Assembly (NCBI GenBank): GCA_003971905.1
Contig: RSEE01000029.1
Span: forward strand, 558,001-622,000
Source: Moniliella sp. 'wahieum'
Lineage: Eukaryota
Reading direction: 5' to 3'
Length of the DNA: 64,000 bases
Position 1 is the first letter of the stretch. The number at the start of each line of letters is the position of its first letter. Made by a program: the position numbers and the translations under genes. This document shows positions 26,101-36,177 of the stretch, piece by piece. The notes beneath the pieces were generated by a model that was not told where the DNA came from, did not search any database, and saw only the letters and a program-made list of their open reading frames with translations.

Positions 26101-26290
26101 GCCTTGAAGCTTGAAGCTTCAAGCTTCAAGCTTCAAGCTCTAGCTTCAAGCTTCAAGAGTCACTCACTAGTCACTAGTCAAGCGTACTTCACATGTCACA
26201 GTGACTGTAGTCGTTGTTCAAATTCGTGTGTTCAACGTAGTTCAACATTCCTACGTTCAACACGTTCAACGTCAACATTCAACTTGAACC
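26101..26290. repeat. Composite array of 7-bp palindromic units (CTTSAAG, AGTCACT, TGTCACA, GTTCAAC)
   Basis: Read directly. Includes a perfect 28-bp palindrome cttgaagcttgaag|cttcaagcttcaag at 26103-26130. Confidence 0.9.
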
Positions 26291-26901
26291 ATCCCCACCA
26301 GGCGAATCAGGTTGACTGGTGTGAGGAACTCAAGTTGAACGTTGAGGGCGGCCCCGTGGCCAGGACATTTAGATTGTCCAGCGGTCGAGGACGGGTTCAA
26401 CGTGTTCGTCGTTCGTCCAACGTTCCACCAAGCCATTATGATAGCCTACACTCGTTCTACCCATTCGTTCTCACATTTGCGCGCAGCATTAGGCGGAAGA
26501 ATCGACTTGATGGATCGGTCCCTGAAGACGATGGACTACGCTACTACCTCTTCCTCGACCGCAGAGCTCAGCTGAGCAAACATTGAGGAGCGGGTTCGAA
26601 TCAACGACCCGGAGATACGTCCCGTATTTACATTAGCGCATTAGCACCCAACTGCATGCGAGGCGAAGGCGTATTAGGCCTTAGGCCAAAGAGTATTCAA
26701 GGCGTTCAAAGACAAGTTGCAGTGAAGGCGCATGTACATTTGAACCTACAAAAACCCCAGCGGGGGAAAAAAGAAACAAGATCGTCATAGCGGCGAAGAA
26801 CGACAATAGGGGAAGGAAGCCCGTACCGCAGATCGCAGAGCAATGCCATGGTGCAGGTGGTATCGAAGCGCTGATATACGCAGGGCAGGCGGGAGCCGGG
26901 C

Positions 26902-27491
26902 TCATGCACGGCTTAAGCTCGCGAGCTGCCGAACGTCCTTAAAGTCGCCGCCACGGAACGCGCCAGCCCCAATGGTTGCAACCACACAGAGCATAAATGT
27001 CGTCAGGACGAAGTTAATGAAACCAAAGGCAATCAACGTCTCGTTCGCAGAGCAGTACTTGAACGACGAGTGGGAGCAGTTCTGGGCACCGCCCATGGAC
27101 GCAGTCAGACGCAGCAGCCGACAGCCAGAAGACCCAGTCAAGGAAGATAAAGATGAGGTGCGAGACGATCGAGGTGAACACACCGCCAATGCCGGTGAGG
27201 AAGCAGACAACCTGGAGACCGATCAAACAAGTCAGAATGGGCTGGGAATCGGTAGTGTGGATCGTGGGCTATACGTACATAAGCCGTGGCAAATAGGAAG
27301 GAGAACCAGCCGACGAAGAGGAAGAAGCGAACGCGGGCCTTAACTGAGGACTTGACGTCCTTGGCAGCGTCCTTGGCGTTGTAGTCGTGCACCAAGACGG
27401 AGGCGATGATGGCGACGACGAGGGAGAACAATGACAGCACGCCTAGAGTGACAGGCGCGCCACGGCGAACAATAGTGCTGGCGTCAACCAT
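26902..27491 (-). CDS. MARVEL-domain four-TM membrane protein (Nce102-like family)
   Basis: Four hydrophobic helices: TLGVLSLFSLVVAIIASVL, RVRFFLFVGWFSFLF, LIFIFLDWVFWLSAAA and C..ETLIAFGFINFVL. Intron at ~27212-27277 and one indel. Confidence 0.82.
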
Positions 27492-28856
27492 TGCAGAGGA
27501 AAGAGGAAAGTAAGGGCGAGTAGAAGAAGCGGAAGTGGCAAAGGTTAGGTGGTGTGGGGGGGGGGTACGACAGGAAAAAGAGAGAGGAAGGCCGGAGGTA
27601 GTGCGTTGCCGGGCAACCTACTTATATCACCGCGACCGGCAGGGGCGCGCACAGGCCAGTGACGGCAGACGGGCAGTGTAGGATTCGATGACCTCACTTC
27701 CCCCGTCAGTGCCGTCAGTACACTGAGTTAGCGCCGAGCGCAAAAGAGCACTCGCGGCCGGCGCGCACGCATGTTGCACTGCCCCCGTGCCGGGTACTAG
27801 TCCGGTCTCGGCCGCAGTGGCCCGCCGCCGTTGCTCGAGTGCAAGTCCGCGGGGGAATGCGCAGCCTTGCACTGCCCCCGTGCGTCGCTGAACTCTAGGC
27901 GTTGGGGAGGCAGGTCGCGCGGGCAGCCCAGCGCCACTGTCGGATGTTTGCCGCCGTCGGTGGCGGCACATGCTCGCACTTTTGTTCGCTTTATTTTTTT
28001 AGCTGGGGGCACCGCGGGCACCCAAGCGGTGTGGGCATGGGGCGTGCTGCAGCCACACAAGCCAGCGGGAGCTCCTGCTGAGGGCTGAGCCTGCTCAGGC
28101 GCTGTGCCGGATGTTGCGGCGCGCAGGCACGGAGGCACTGTGCGCTAATGCGAATCGCTGGGGCGGGCTCGCACATGGCGCTGTGGGCCATTGGGAGCCA
28201 TACGCCGTGTGACAATGTGACGCAACCTGGCCGCCGATCATTTTTTTCTGTCAGCCAACTAATATAAACGCGTAACGCGTAACTGCGTAGCTGCCACGCC
28301 TGAGCCTGACACTGACCCCAACGCCGGGGGGGCAGCAGCCGCGTCCCGGAAGTGTAAGCACGGGTGGACATTGCATGGACCGGATGCAGGTTGCAGCACA
28401 GCTCTACCACCGGTCCCATCCCTTCCCTCTGAATCTGACGCGCCGTGTCATGCACGTCGGGCCCTCAGGTAATGCGTAAAGAGTAGAGTTACTAATGGCT
28501 GTGGCCCTAGCGATGACCACCTTCTGGCGCCTGTTACATGTTATTTTCAGTCTCTTGGCCCTTGAGCTCGACCGGTGACCGAGACGCTAAGTAACTCGGG
28601 GTGGTACTGGTACGCTGACTCAGTACTTCTGAGTAACTGAGTACTGAGACTGAGTACTGAATAAGGAATGCTGATTGCTGATGATCGTCAACGGGCCCTT
28701 CAATTGGGGTCAGCGTGTCAGCGAGTTCGGCCACCCAAGCATCATGTGCATGCACCTGCATGCACTCGGTAGAGAGTCTCAGCGTAACACATCCATCACA
28801 ACCACTTAGGTGTACGTACTTTATCATCGACGTTCGACGTTCGGCATCCATCGACC

Positions 28857-28986
28857 ATCTCAGATCTCAAATCCCTCAGATCCTCAGATCCCTCAGATCC
28901 CCAGATCCCCCAGATCCCCCAGATCCCCCAGACCCCACAGGCTCAGACCTCCGAGATCGCTCAGGGTCTCTTCTCAGATCTCAGAA
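28857..28986. repeat. Degenerate 8-9-bp minisatellite (CAGATCCCC / CTCAGATC)
   Basis: ctcagatctcaaatccctcagatcctcagatccctcagatccccagatcccccagatcccccagatcccccagacccc...ctcagatctcaga. Confidence 0.9.
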
Positions 28987-29045
28987 TTCATCGGTCATCA
29001 ACATCGTCGCAACCACGCTGCGTTTCGCGTTCTAGACACCACTTT

Positions 29046-29096
29046 ACGTTGAACTTGAACTTGAACGTTGCGTTGACGTTGAACGTTGAACGTTGA
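29046..29096. repeat. GTTGAAC heptamer array
   Basis: acgttgaacttgaacttgaacgttgcgttgacgttgaacgttgaacgttga. Confidence 0.9.
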
Positions 29097-32000
29097 TTAT
29101 TGATCGGCCTTTCGCACCGGTCGCAGTCTCTCGTGATCTGACGGATCTGACGGAGCCAACCTCAGTAATGCATGAACCTGTTCAGCGCTTCGACATTCAA
29201 GCTTCAAGTTCCCTCCGGCTTCCGCTTGCGGGAAAATCAACCTCCCATTCGCGTTGCATCGAACGAACGGCTGGCTGGGCCGAAGACAGAAGACGGTTCG
29301 ATGTCGAACGCTGTCATCGCAGCAACGTGTACGATGCTCGATCGGCGCAGAACAACCATCGAATCATCATGGGTGCCGTCCAGGTGTACCATCATGCATC
29401 ATGCATCTGGCATCAGATAAATCAGTGTTCAATTTGAACGTTCACTGAACGTTACTCGCGTTACTTGTGAACGTGAGAACGTGACCCATGTGAACCCCCT
29501 CTGCCCCAAGCCTGCCCCAACCAACCATTTCACGTCAGCATCACGTCATCATGCACAGGCATCATGCATCATGTGCTCATGCATCATGGGACACTTTCAA
29601 CTTTGAAGGCATTTGAAATGTTTAGGCACTACCCTCAGGCCCCATCGACCATCGGCCTCTCCTGCCCCAATAACGAATCCACCAACTCGACGATGCTCGC
29701 AAAAAAAAGCAGTCCGAAGCGAGGCTCCGCACATTGTGGAGGGTAGACAAAACCACCACACCACATATCCCTCCTTCATTCACACGTTCCATGAGCGAAG
29801 GATCTGACCACCATGACAGAGCCCCTCGGCATCTTATTATCAAGTCCATTATGTACCCTTTTGGAAGAACATTTGCAAAACTTACGCACAGAAGGATCAT
29901 GATATAAGTAGAGTAGGAAACGCTTTTTGTGTCGGCATGATGACGGATGAGAAGTCTGAAGGTCGCCCATCCATTGGCGTTTACGCTGACAGCTCGAAGA
30001 CCCCGAGTCCACATTCTACGGGAGAGTCGTTATATTAGCAGGTGAGAAAGGGCTCCCTCTGCCTCCCAGTATTCGTTTCCAAACCAGATGAACTATATGC
30101 GGGGGTGGATGTGAACGAGCACGATGGATGTGTGAGGTATGGGAACCATCCCCAATATTCTTTTCAGCTCTCGTTCTTTCCAATGATCGAAAGATCCCAC
30201 ATCTTCTTAGCAGTCTTGTTCTTGGCATAATATCATGATGGCATGCTTGCGTCGTAATGACGAAAAGGGGAAAGAACGGAAAATGGGCGGATCCCGGATG
30301 CTTTGCTTTCTTCTCGCAATCATCCTACTCGAGTAGCCACATGCGGCTCCTTCTCTCGAGGTTCCATAATAGTGAACTTCTCCTAAGACCTCTCGTTTAC
30401 CGCCTTACGGGAATGCCCCGTAGCCACCTATGAAACTGAACCCCTCAAAAGGTGTATTGGGCCATCTCCATCCCTGAGAGATCCTTCAAATGCACCTTCT
30501 GCATGATTCTACTACGGGGCAGTCCGTAAGCTTCTGTGTGCTCTTCTCCCTGGTCTTGTTCCTTGTTTCCCCCAAGACCCCAATGACAATATTCGTCCTG
30601 CTGGGCCAGCATTGCACTCAAGGTGGCATCCGATGCGTCGGTCTCGATACGGAGAAGCCGACAAAGATCAAAGTGGCAAATGGAATGTGAGGACTGAAGT
30701 GAAGGTCCGCTTCAGGTTTCGTCTAAGGCACTTTGGCGACCTATCAAAACGCTGCTGGGTCTTACGGATAAGGTCCTCAGAATGTCAGAGGGAAATGTCA
30801 AGATCGTTCGTGGGAGTAAACGACAGGCATCGGGCAGGGAACAGAAGAAGCAACAGGGAAAGGAAAGAGCGAAATAAAGACGGGGATCAGAATTGGACAT
30901 TGTAGAGTGAGCGTAGTCAATCTCAGGGGCACGCAGGCTCCCATCAATAAAAAGGACGAATAGTATGTACCCCAAGATAGTCAATCCCCCTTTAAGTGCT
31001 GTCTTTTACTTCGGTGTTCATGTATCTTCTGGGGTTGAAGCTCACCTTCGGCACCAGTTGCACTCCCAACGTATGTGAAGTTATTGCAATGCCATCTGTT
31101 CCCATCCATTCAATCCATTGATACTGATGAAAGGCGTTTTCGTTCCAGAGCACAGCTAGGGGGATTGTCTCATGGTGCCCTATACCATCCACCACGGCAG
31201 CACACTGCGCTTTTTATCTTTTGATCGGAGCGTAGTGTTCCATGGGAGTGTCCGAGTTGATGGGGCGCCAGGGTGATGTTTCCCCATCGGTTCCATGTGG
31301 GTTTTATCCCTGATTGGTTGCCTGCAGGGCATGGGTGTTTAGGGTGGTTTGGGGATGAGAGGGTTCTTCGGGAGAGGCCAGAGAGCCTTCGGATTTTGTA
31401 ACTCTAATGGCCTATGTCTCCCAGCGATTCTATTGGATAGCAGAGCTGAATGCAATGGTGGTTTAAAGACAGGATAGGGAACTTGGCCCAGCAGAAGAAT
31501 CAAAGAGGATGGGGATCATGGAGCTGCCAGGCGCTAGACAAGTCTCTGAGACCCGATCGAACACGATCGAATCTGGACTCAGCTCCTCGGCCAGACAGGG
31601 AGAGGACCAAGTTAGCATGACTTAGAGGTTTTATTGGCCCTTAGACCCCCCGGTCAACAAGAAGGAGAGACACAGCCTCGACGAACTATTAAACGGAGCT
31701 GAAGATGATCTTCAGGACGAGGAATAAGCCGCATTGACCGCAATGAACGGAGCGACGAAGCAACATTTTTTGCCCCCGTTTATAGGGTACTAAACTGGGT
31801 TCCAGATGCAAGGACCCCTCACGGTTAATCGAGCCCGAATTCTATTGGTGGGGGGTCCAAACGGAGAGCTAGGGACGAATGAAATTTCCTTGATCAGCTT
31901 GATCACTGTGTCAGCTGGCGTAGGAAGGTTGCGTAGTAGTAAGACGCGGGATAGAGCACAAGACGATATCGTTCTTCTGTAGTTCGTGGTCCCTCAGGGT

Positions 32001-33217
32001 TGGCTGAGAGAAGGCCGCACAGGCAATGAGACAAAGAGAGTCTCCTTATTGAGACGGAGAGGTCCTGTCGCAGGAGGAACTCAAATCGCTTGGGATGGCA
32101 GCACGATCCGTACGGATTGGACTGTGGATCCCAGAATTCGACGGCAATATATACTTAGACGTCCATGGAAGCAGTCGACAAAAAGCTAATGGACATTGAA
32201 AGCAATATCCTTCCTGGTAGAGTGGAGACTGCCAGGCCAATGAGTGGTTGCAGAAATGGAAAGGGACCCCAAGTGAAAGATGTATTAGATGATTGTGGAC
32301 GAAAAACGACCCGCTGAGTGGAGGGAAAGCACATGGTTCAATAGCTCTCAAGGCTCATACTACAGACAAGTTCTCTACGGGGACCAGCCGGTGGTCCTCC
32401 GAAAAAGGAACGCATACCAATTGGGGAACGCTTACCGGTTACCTACGGCTCTATTTCCGACAGCTGTTGAGCGCGTACCGCCGCTGCGAGTAGGTCCGCT
32501 GATGCGTTTCTGCCTACGTCGCCCATAAGTCATATAGACTCGACTCGTTCCTTGGTACGCAGCATGCGCCTCCGTTTCTTTCGGGCTTCAGTCGGGGCAT
32601 TTCACAGCCCAGCGAATGCCCCTCCCAGCTTTATGCTTCAGAGGAGAAGGACAAGGGGAACCAGTGGGAGCTCTCAGGGGACTGTACGTTGATTCTGCTC
32701 TTGCTTCTTCCCACGAACGATCGCCACATCCTTTTGGCCTAGTCTCGACTCTGGTCACCCTTTTTGCCTTAGCCCCGACTGCGACATTAATTATCATTGG
32801 TGGGGAAGAGGCAAGAGCGAGGACATGGTGCGAAACGCTCTGGACGTAGCACTCTCGGTGAGTGTTGAGGGTTTGAGTACTTAGGAGAGTGCAGTACCGA
32901 GAGTGGGTTTTGGTTTTCCTGGTTTTGTGTAGTTGTCTCCCTGTTATACCGTAAGCGGGACGGCAAGCAACTGGTTATCGAGAGGCTATCCATTATCGGC
33001 TATGGATTATCGCCCCAACGTGCGTGCAGCCCAAAAAGACTGCTCAACTTCCCCTTCGACGGCGGAAGAGACAGAAAGAAACGGTGGTGGGGAGAGGCGT
33101 ACAGCTTACAGGTCCACAAACCGTCTGCGTCAACGTACCGCGGTTTTAGACAAGAGGCCGGCTAGGGTTTAACGCGTTCATGTGTGTGTACGCGAGTACA
33201 TCCGAGGGAAAAGACGG

Positions 33218-33412
33218 AGTCAGCTAGTCACTAGTCAGCGCTCAGCCACTATACTAGTCCGCACAGTCAGCGATAGTCTCGCTATAGTCGTTGTACGTAT
33301 GACTAGACTGGTCACTTGCTCACTAGTCACACAGGTCACTCGCACTAGTCACTAGTGGTTAATCATTGACTGTACTGAGTACTCAGACTGAGTGCTGACT
33401 AGCTGACTATAG
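33218..33412. repeat. AGTCACT / ACTSAGT heptamer-palindrome patch
   Basis: Repeated ctagtca units, cactagtcactagtg (33343-33357) and ctgagtactcag (33375-33386). Confidence 0.85.
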
Positions 33413-34185
33413 AGTAAGATCGGTCAGAGCAACACTGGATATCGGATTATCTCATTATCGGCTACGGTGGTGGGAAAGCGGGAGGGGTGTCGGGATGGGG
33501 GGGGTAGGCGCAGGCAGCCGCTAGGCGGGTGAATCTGGAATGTCGGGCGTGGCCTGGTGTAGGCGCACTGGAGAAAGGCTGAGCGGCTGAGCGCTGATGG
33601 GGGGGTGATTATGATTTCGGAACAAAGCCGATTCGGCAGCGCCTGTCTCTGTTTGCTGTTTTTGCATTTGTGGGTTGGCAGAGAGGCACAGGAGCGCACT
33701 GCACGCGGTGGAAGTTTGACGGGTGCTGTAGGCGATCGATGACGCGAGACGACCGTACAAACAAAACACAATGACCCCGATGGGTGGCGCTGTACCAGCG
33801 CCCACCTCCAGCACCACCCTCCGAGCACCCTGGCCAGGGGCAAATAGACGGTGGCAAGACGGAGGCGCCAACCGACTGTCGAATTGGAGATCGATGTGGT
33901 GTAGAGGGGTGCGGCCGGTGGTCAGGCTGAGCTGCTGACATGGTTCCGAAGAGACCGCGGATCGAGTAGGGTGTATACCCAGAATACCCACAGAATCAGC
34001 CTCTGTGGGCCACATCGATCATCTGCCACAGACACTCACTTCAGTCACTATAGGCACTCTGTGACTTCCGACACAGCGTGCGTTGGCCTCGTCTGCTGGT
34101 GCCCATTATCCCAATAACAGGCGGAGCCATGATTTGCACCATTCCCTTGCCTGCTTCTTTGTCTTCCTCCATCTCATTACCTCCA

Positions 34186-35289
34186 ATGGACGCCGACCTG
34201 CTGCTGCGCCAGCTCCTTCCCCAGACCAACCACCGCAGCAGCAGCACCCACGCTGCGCCCCTGGCTCAGCCACAGCCGCAGTCCACTCCCCCTTTCCACC
34301 AGCCCAGCACGCCTCTATCCCATGCCCACCCCGCATCAAGCGACATGACCCCCCCCCCACCAACCGGTCCGCACAGCTCCTCCTTATCCCCGGCCCGCCT
34401 CTTCTCCGTCCGCTCGGTGGCGGACCACCGCACCTCCCCCTGCCTCCTCCGCCGCCGCCGCCGTTTTCCACCCCACCTGTGCCCTGGCTCCCAGATGCCC
34501 CAGAACGCTCCCATCTCGTCTCACCATACCCTTCCACTCCTTCCCAATGACGACGACGATAGCCACAGCGAGTTGGCACCCGAAGACGCAGCGAGCCAGA
34601 CCCCACGCCAACGCAGCTTCATCCTTCCTCTTACTAGCCACGCCCTCCCCCGCGGCCTCCTCGAGCTTGCCCCTTCCCCGCAACCCCCACCACGAGCGGA
34701 CCCAATCTGCCATCCTTGCCTTGGAGACGAGCATGGCCCAACTCCGCCTTCCCCCACGCCAAGAAGCAAGGGGAATCAGGGCTCCGCCCCAGCAGAGGGC
34801 GCGCGACGAGGGGCGGGAAAGAGGCTTGACACTGCCCTCAGGGCCCGCTAGGAAAAGGATGGGACGTCCGCGCGCACGAACGGTTGGATCGCACCTGCTC
34901 TACCACCCCTTCCCGAGGCTGGCGAGACAAGTCCCACCTACACCTACGACCCCGTGCCATGCCGACGACCCAGCGCAACAACCAACCAGACTCATGCCAC
35001 GGGGCTGACAGATCTGTTGTTTTTCAATGATCTGTCCACAGCCCTTTGGGGCACCATTGATATCGCGCCACCTTCCACCTCGCCACCATCCATCCCGCTC
35101 CCGCCGCTCCCGTCTACTCGGAGAGCGAGGGGCTTTACGATCTCCCACCCTCCACGGGGAGTAAAACACGACCTCTCTTCTCTCTCGCCCTTGCGCCCAG
35201 CCCGTGCCCGCTCTCGCTCCATCTTGTGCAACGATCAGTTGAGCGTGGGTTCGCGGTCCTCGTCCCCCAGGACACGAGCGATGTCTTAA
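34186..35289 (+). CDS. Hypothetical Pro/Ser-rich protein (frameshifted pieces)
   Basis: ATG at 34186 in ORF 34078..34851, apparently continuing in ORF 34954..35289. C-rich coding-like composition and a pyrimidine-rich downstream region. No domain recognised. Confidence 0.4.
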
Positions 35290-35607
35290 CTCTCTCGCGA
35301 CCATTCTAACCGTCGTGGTTCGCGGATGAATGTTGAACCCTCGTCCTTCCCCTTCCATTTTGTACCATCCAGGGATTCCATTCTTGCCTCATCTAAAAAC
35401 GACGCCCGCCCGCGTCTTTCGTCTGCTACGATGCACATGCCCTGCCCCCCCCCACCCCAGTGTTGCTCCCACCATCTCCACCCCCGCTTCCATGCCGCTT
35501 CCCAATTCCTTTCTCCTTCAGTTTTACCATTTCCTTTCCCTAGCCAACTGGTATGACGGTTCCCACATTCCCTTTTCGTCTACAGTAAGCGCTGTTTTTG
35601 GTTAGCT

Positions 35608-36177
35608 ATGTGTGGCGGGCCCAAGCGTGGTCGTCCTCCTCCCCGAGTTAAGCCCCACGCCGGTGGCCAGATTTTCTCTCAAGTCGTAGAAGAGCCAGTG
35701 GCCCGCCCCATCGCTGTCCTCTCGCATTATTCTGATGTTCCCAAAAGAGCCGAGCACGGGGAGCAAGCAGCGGAGTGGGCATCGTATAGTAGGGATGACA
35801 CACACGTCGGCTACATTGACCCCCGGCCGAGCTCAATATGGGGCATCACGGGTTTCCGCCAGCCGTTCCAGGGGTTCACGTTTGCGAACCGATCCTGGTA
35901 TATCTGGACAGAGGGTACTCCAGCTCTCCTAGACCTCTCATCGAAACGCGCTATAATCATGCTGTTAGACGAAGTAAGAGAATCATCGAGAGCAAAACTT
36001 ATCCATGTTTTGCGGATATCCTCCACGGAAGGCCATTATGACTGCATAAGCCCAAAGTTCCAATACTTTGTGTATACATTGCGCACCCGGTCTTACTGTA
36101 CCTTTCGTCTGTTGCGCACTGGTTATGCCAGACACAATCGCACTGAAAAAGCGTGTGAGCAGTGTTTTACCCTTTGA
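35608..36177 (+). CDS. Hypothetical protein (189 aa ORF)
   Basis: ATG-initiated ORF of normal amino-acid complexity in an otherwise ORF-poor area. Possible intron donor GTAAGA near 35974. Confidence 0.3.
   Translation: MCGGPKRGRPPPRVKPHAGGQIFSQVVEEPVARPIAVLSHYSDVPKRAEHGEQAAEWASYSRDDTHVGYIDPRPSSIWGITGFRQPFQGFTFANRSWYIWTEGTPALLDLSSKRAIIMLLDEVRESSRAKLIHVLRISSTEGHYDCISPKFQYFVYTLRTRSYCTFRLLRTGYARHNRTEKACEQCFTL

Noticed and set aside
25975..26586. 203-aa ORF, and similarly ORF 38240..38965 and the many antisense ORFs inside real genes
   Set aside because: Non-ATG starts running through palindromic repeats, or shadow frames of GC-rich coding sequence. No protein-like motifs.
26563..26612. tRNA-like A/B boxes (AGCTCAGCTG...GGTTCGAATC)
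   Set aside because: T-stem and acceptor stem do not pair and there is no anticodon arm. At most an isolated B-box-like word.
26262..29086. 15-bp inverted repeat (acgttcaacgtcaac / gttgacgttgaacgt) flanking the MARVEL gene as transposon TIRs
   Set aside because: Both copies lie inside low-complexity GTTSAAC arrays, so the match is expected by chance. No TSD or transposase is visible.
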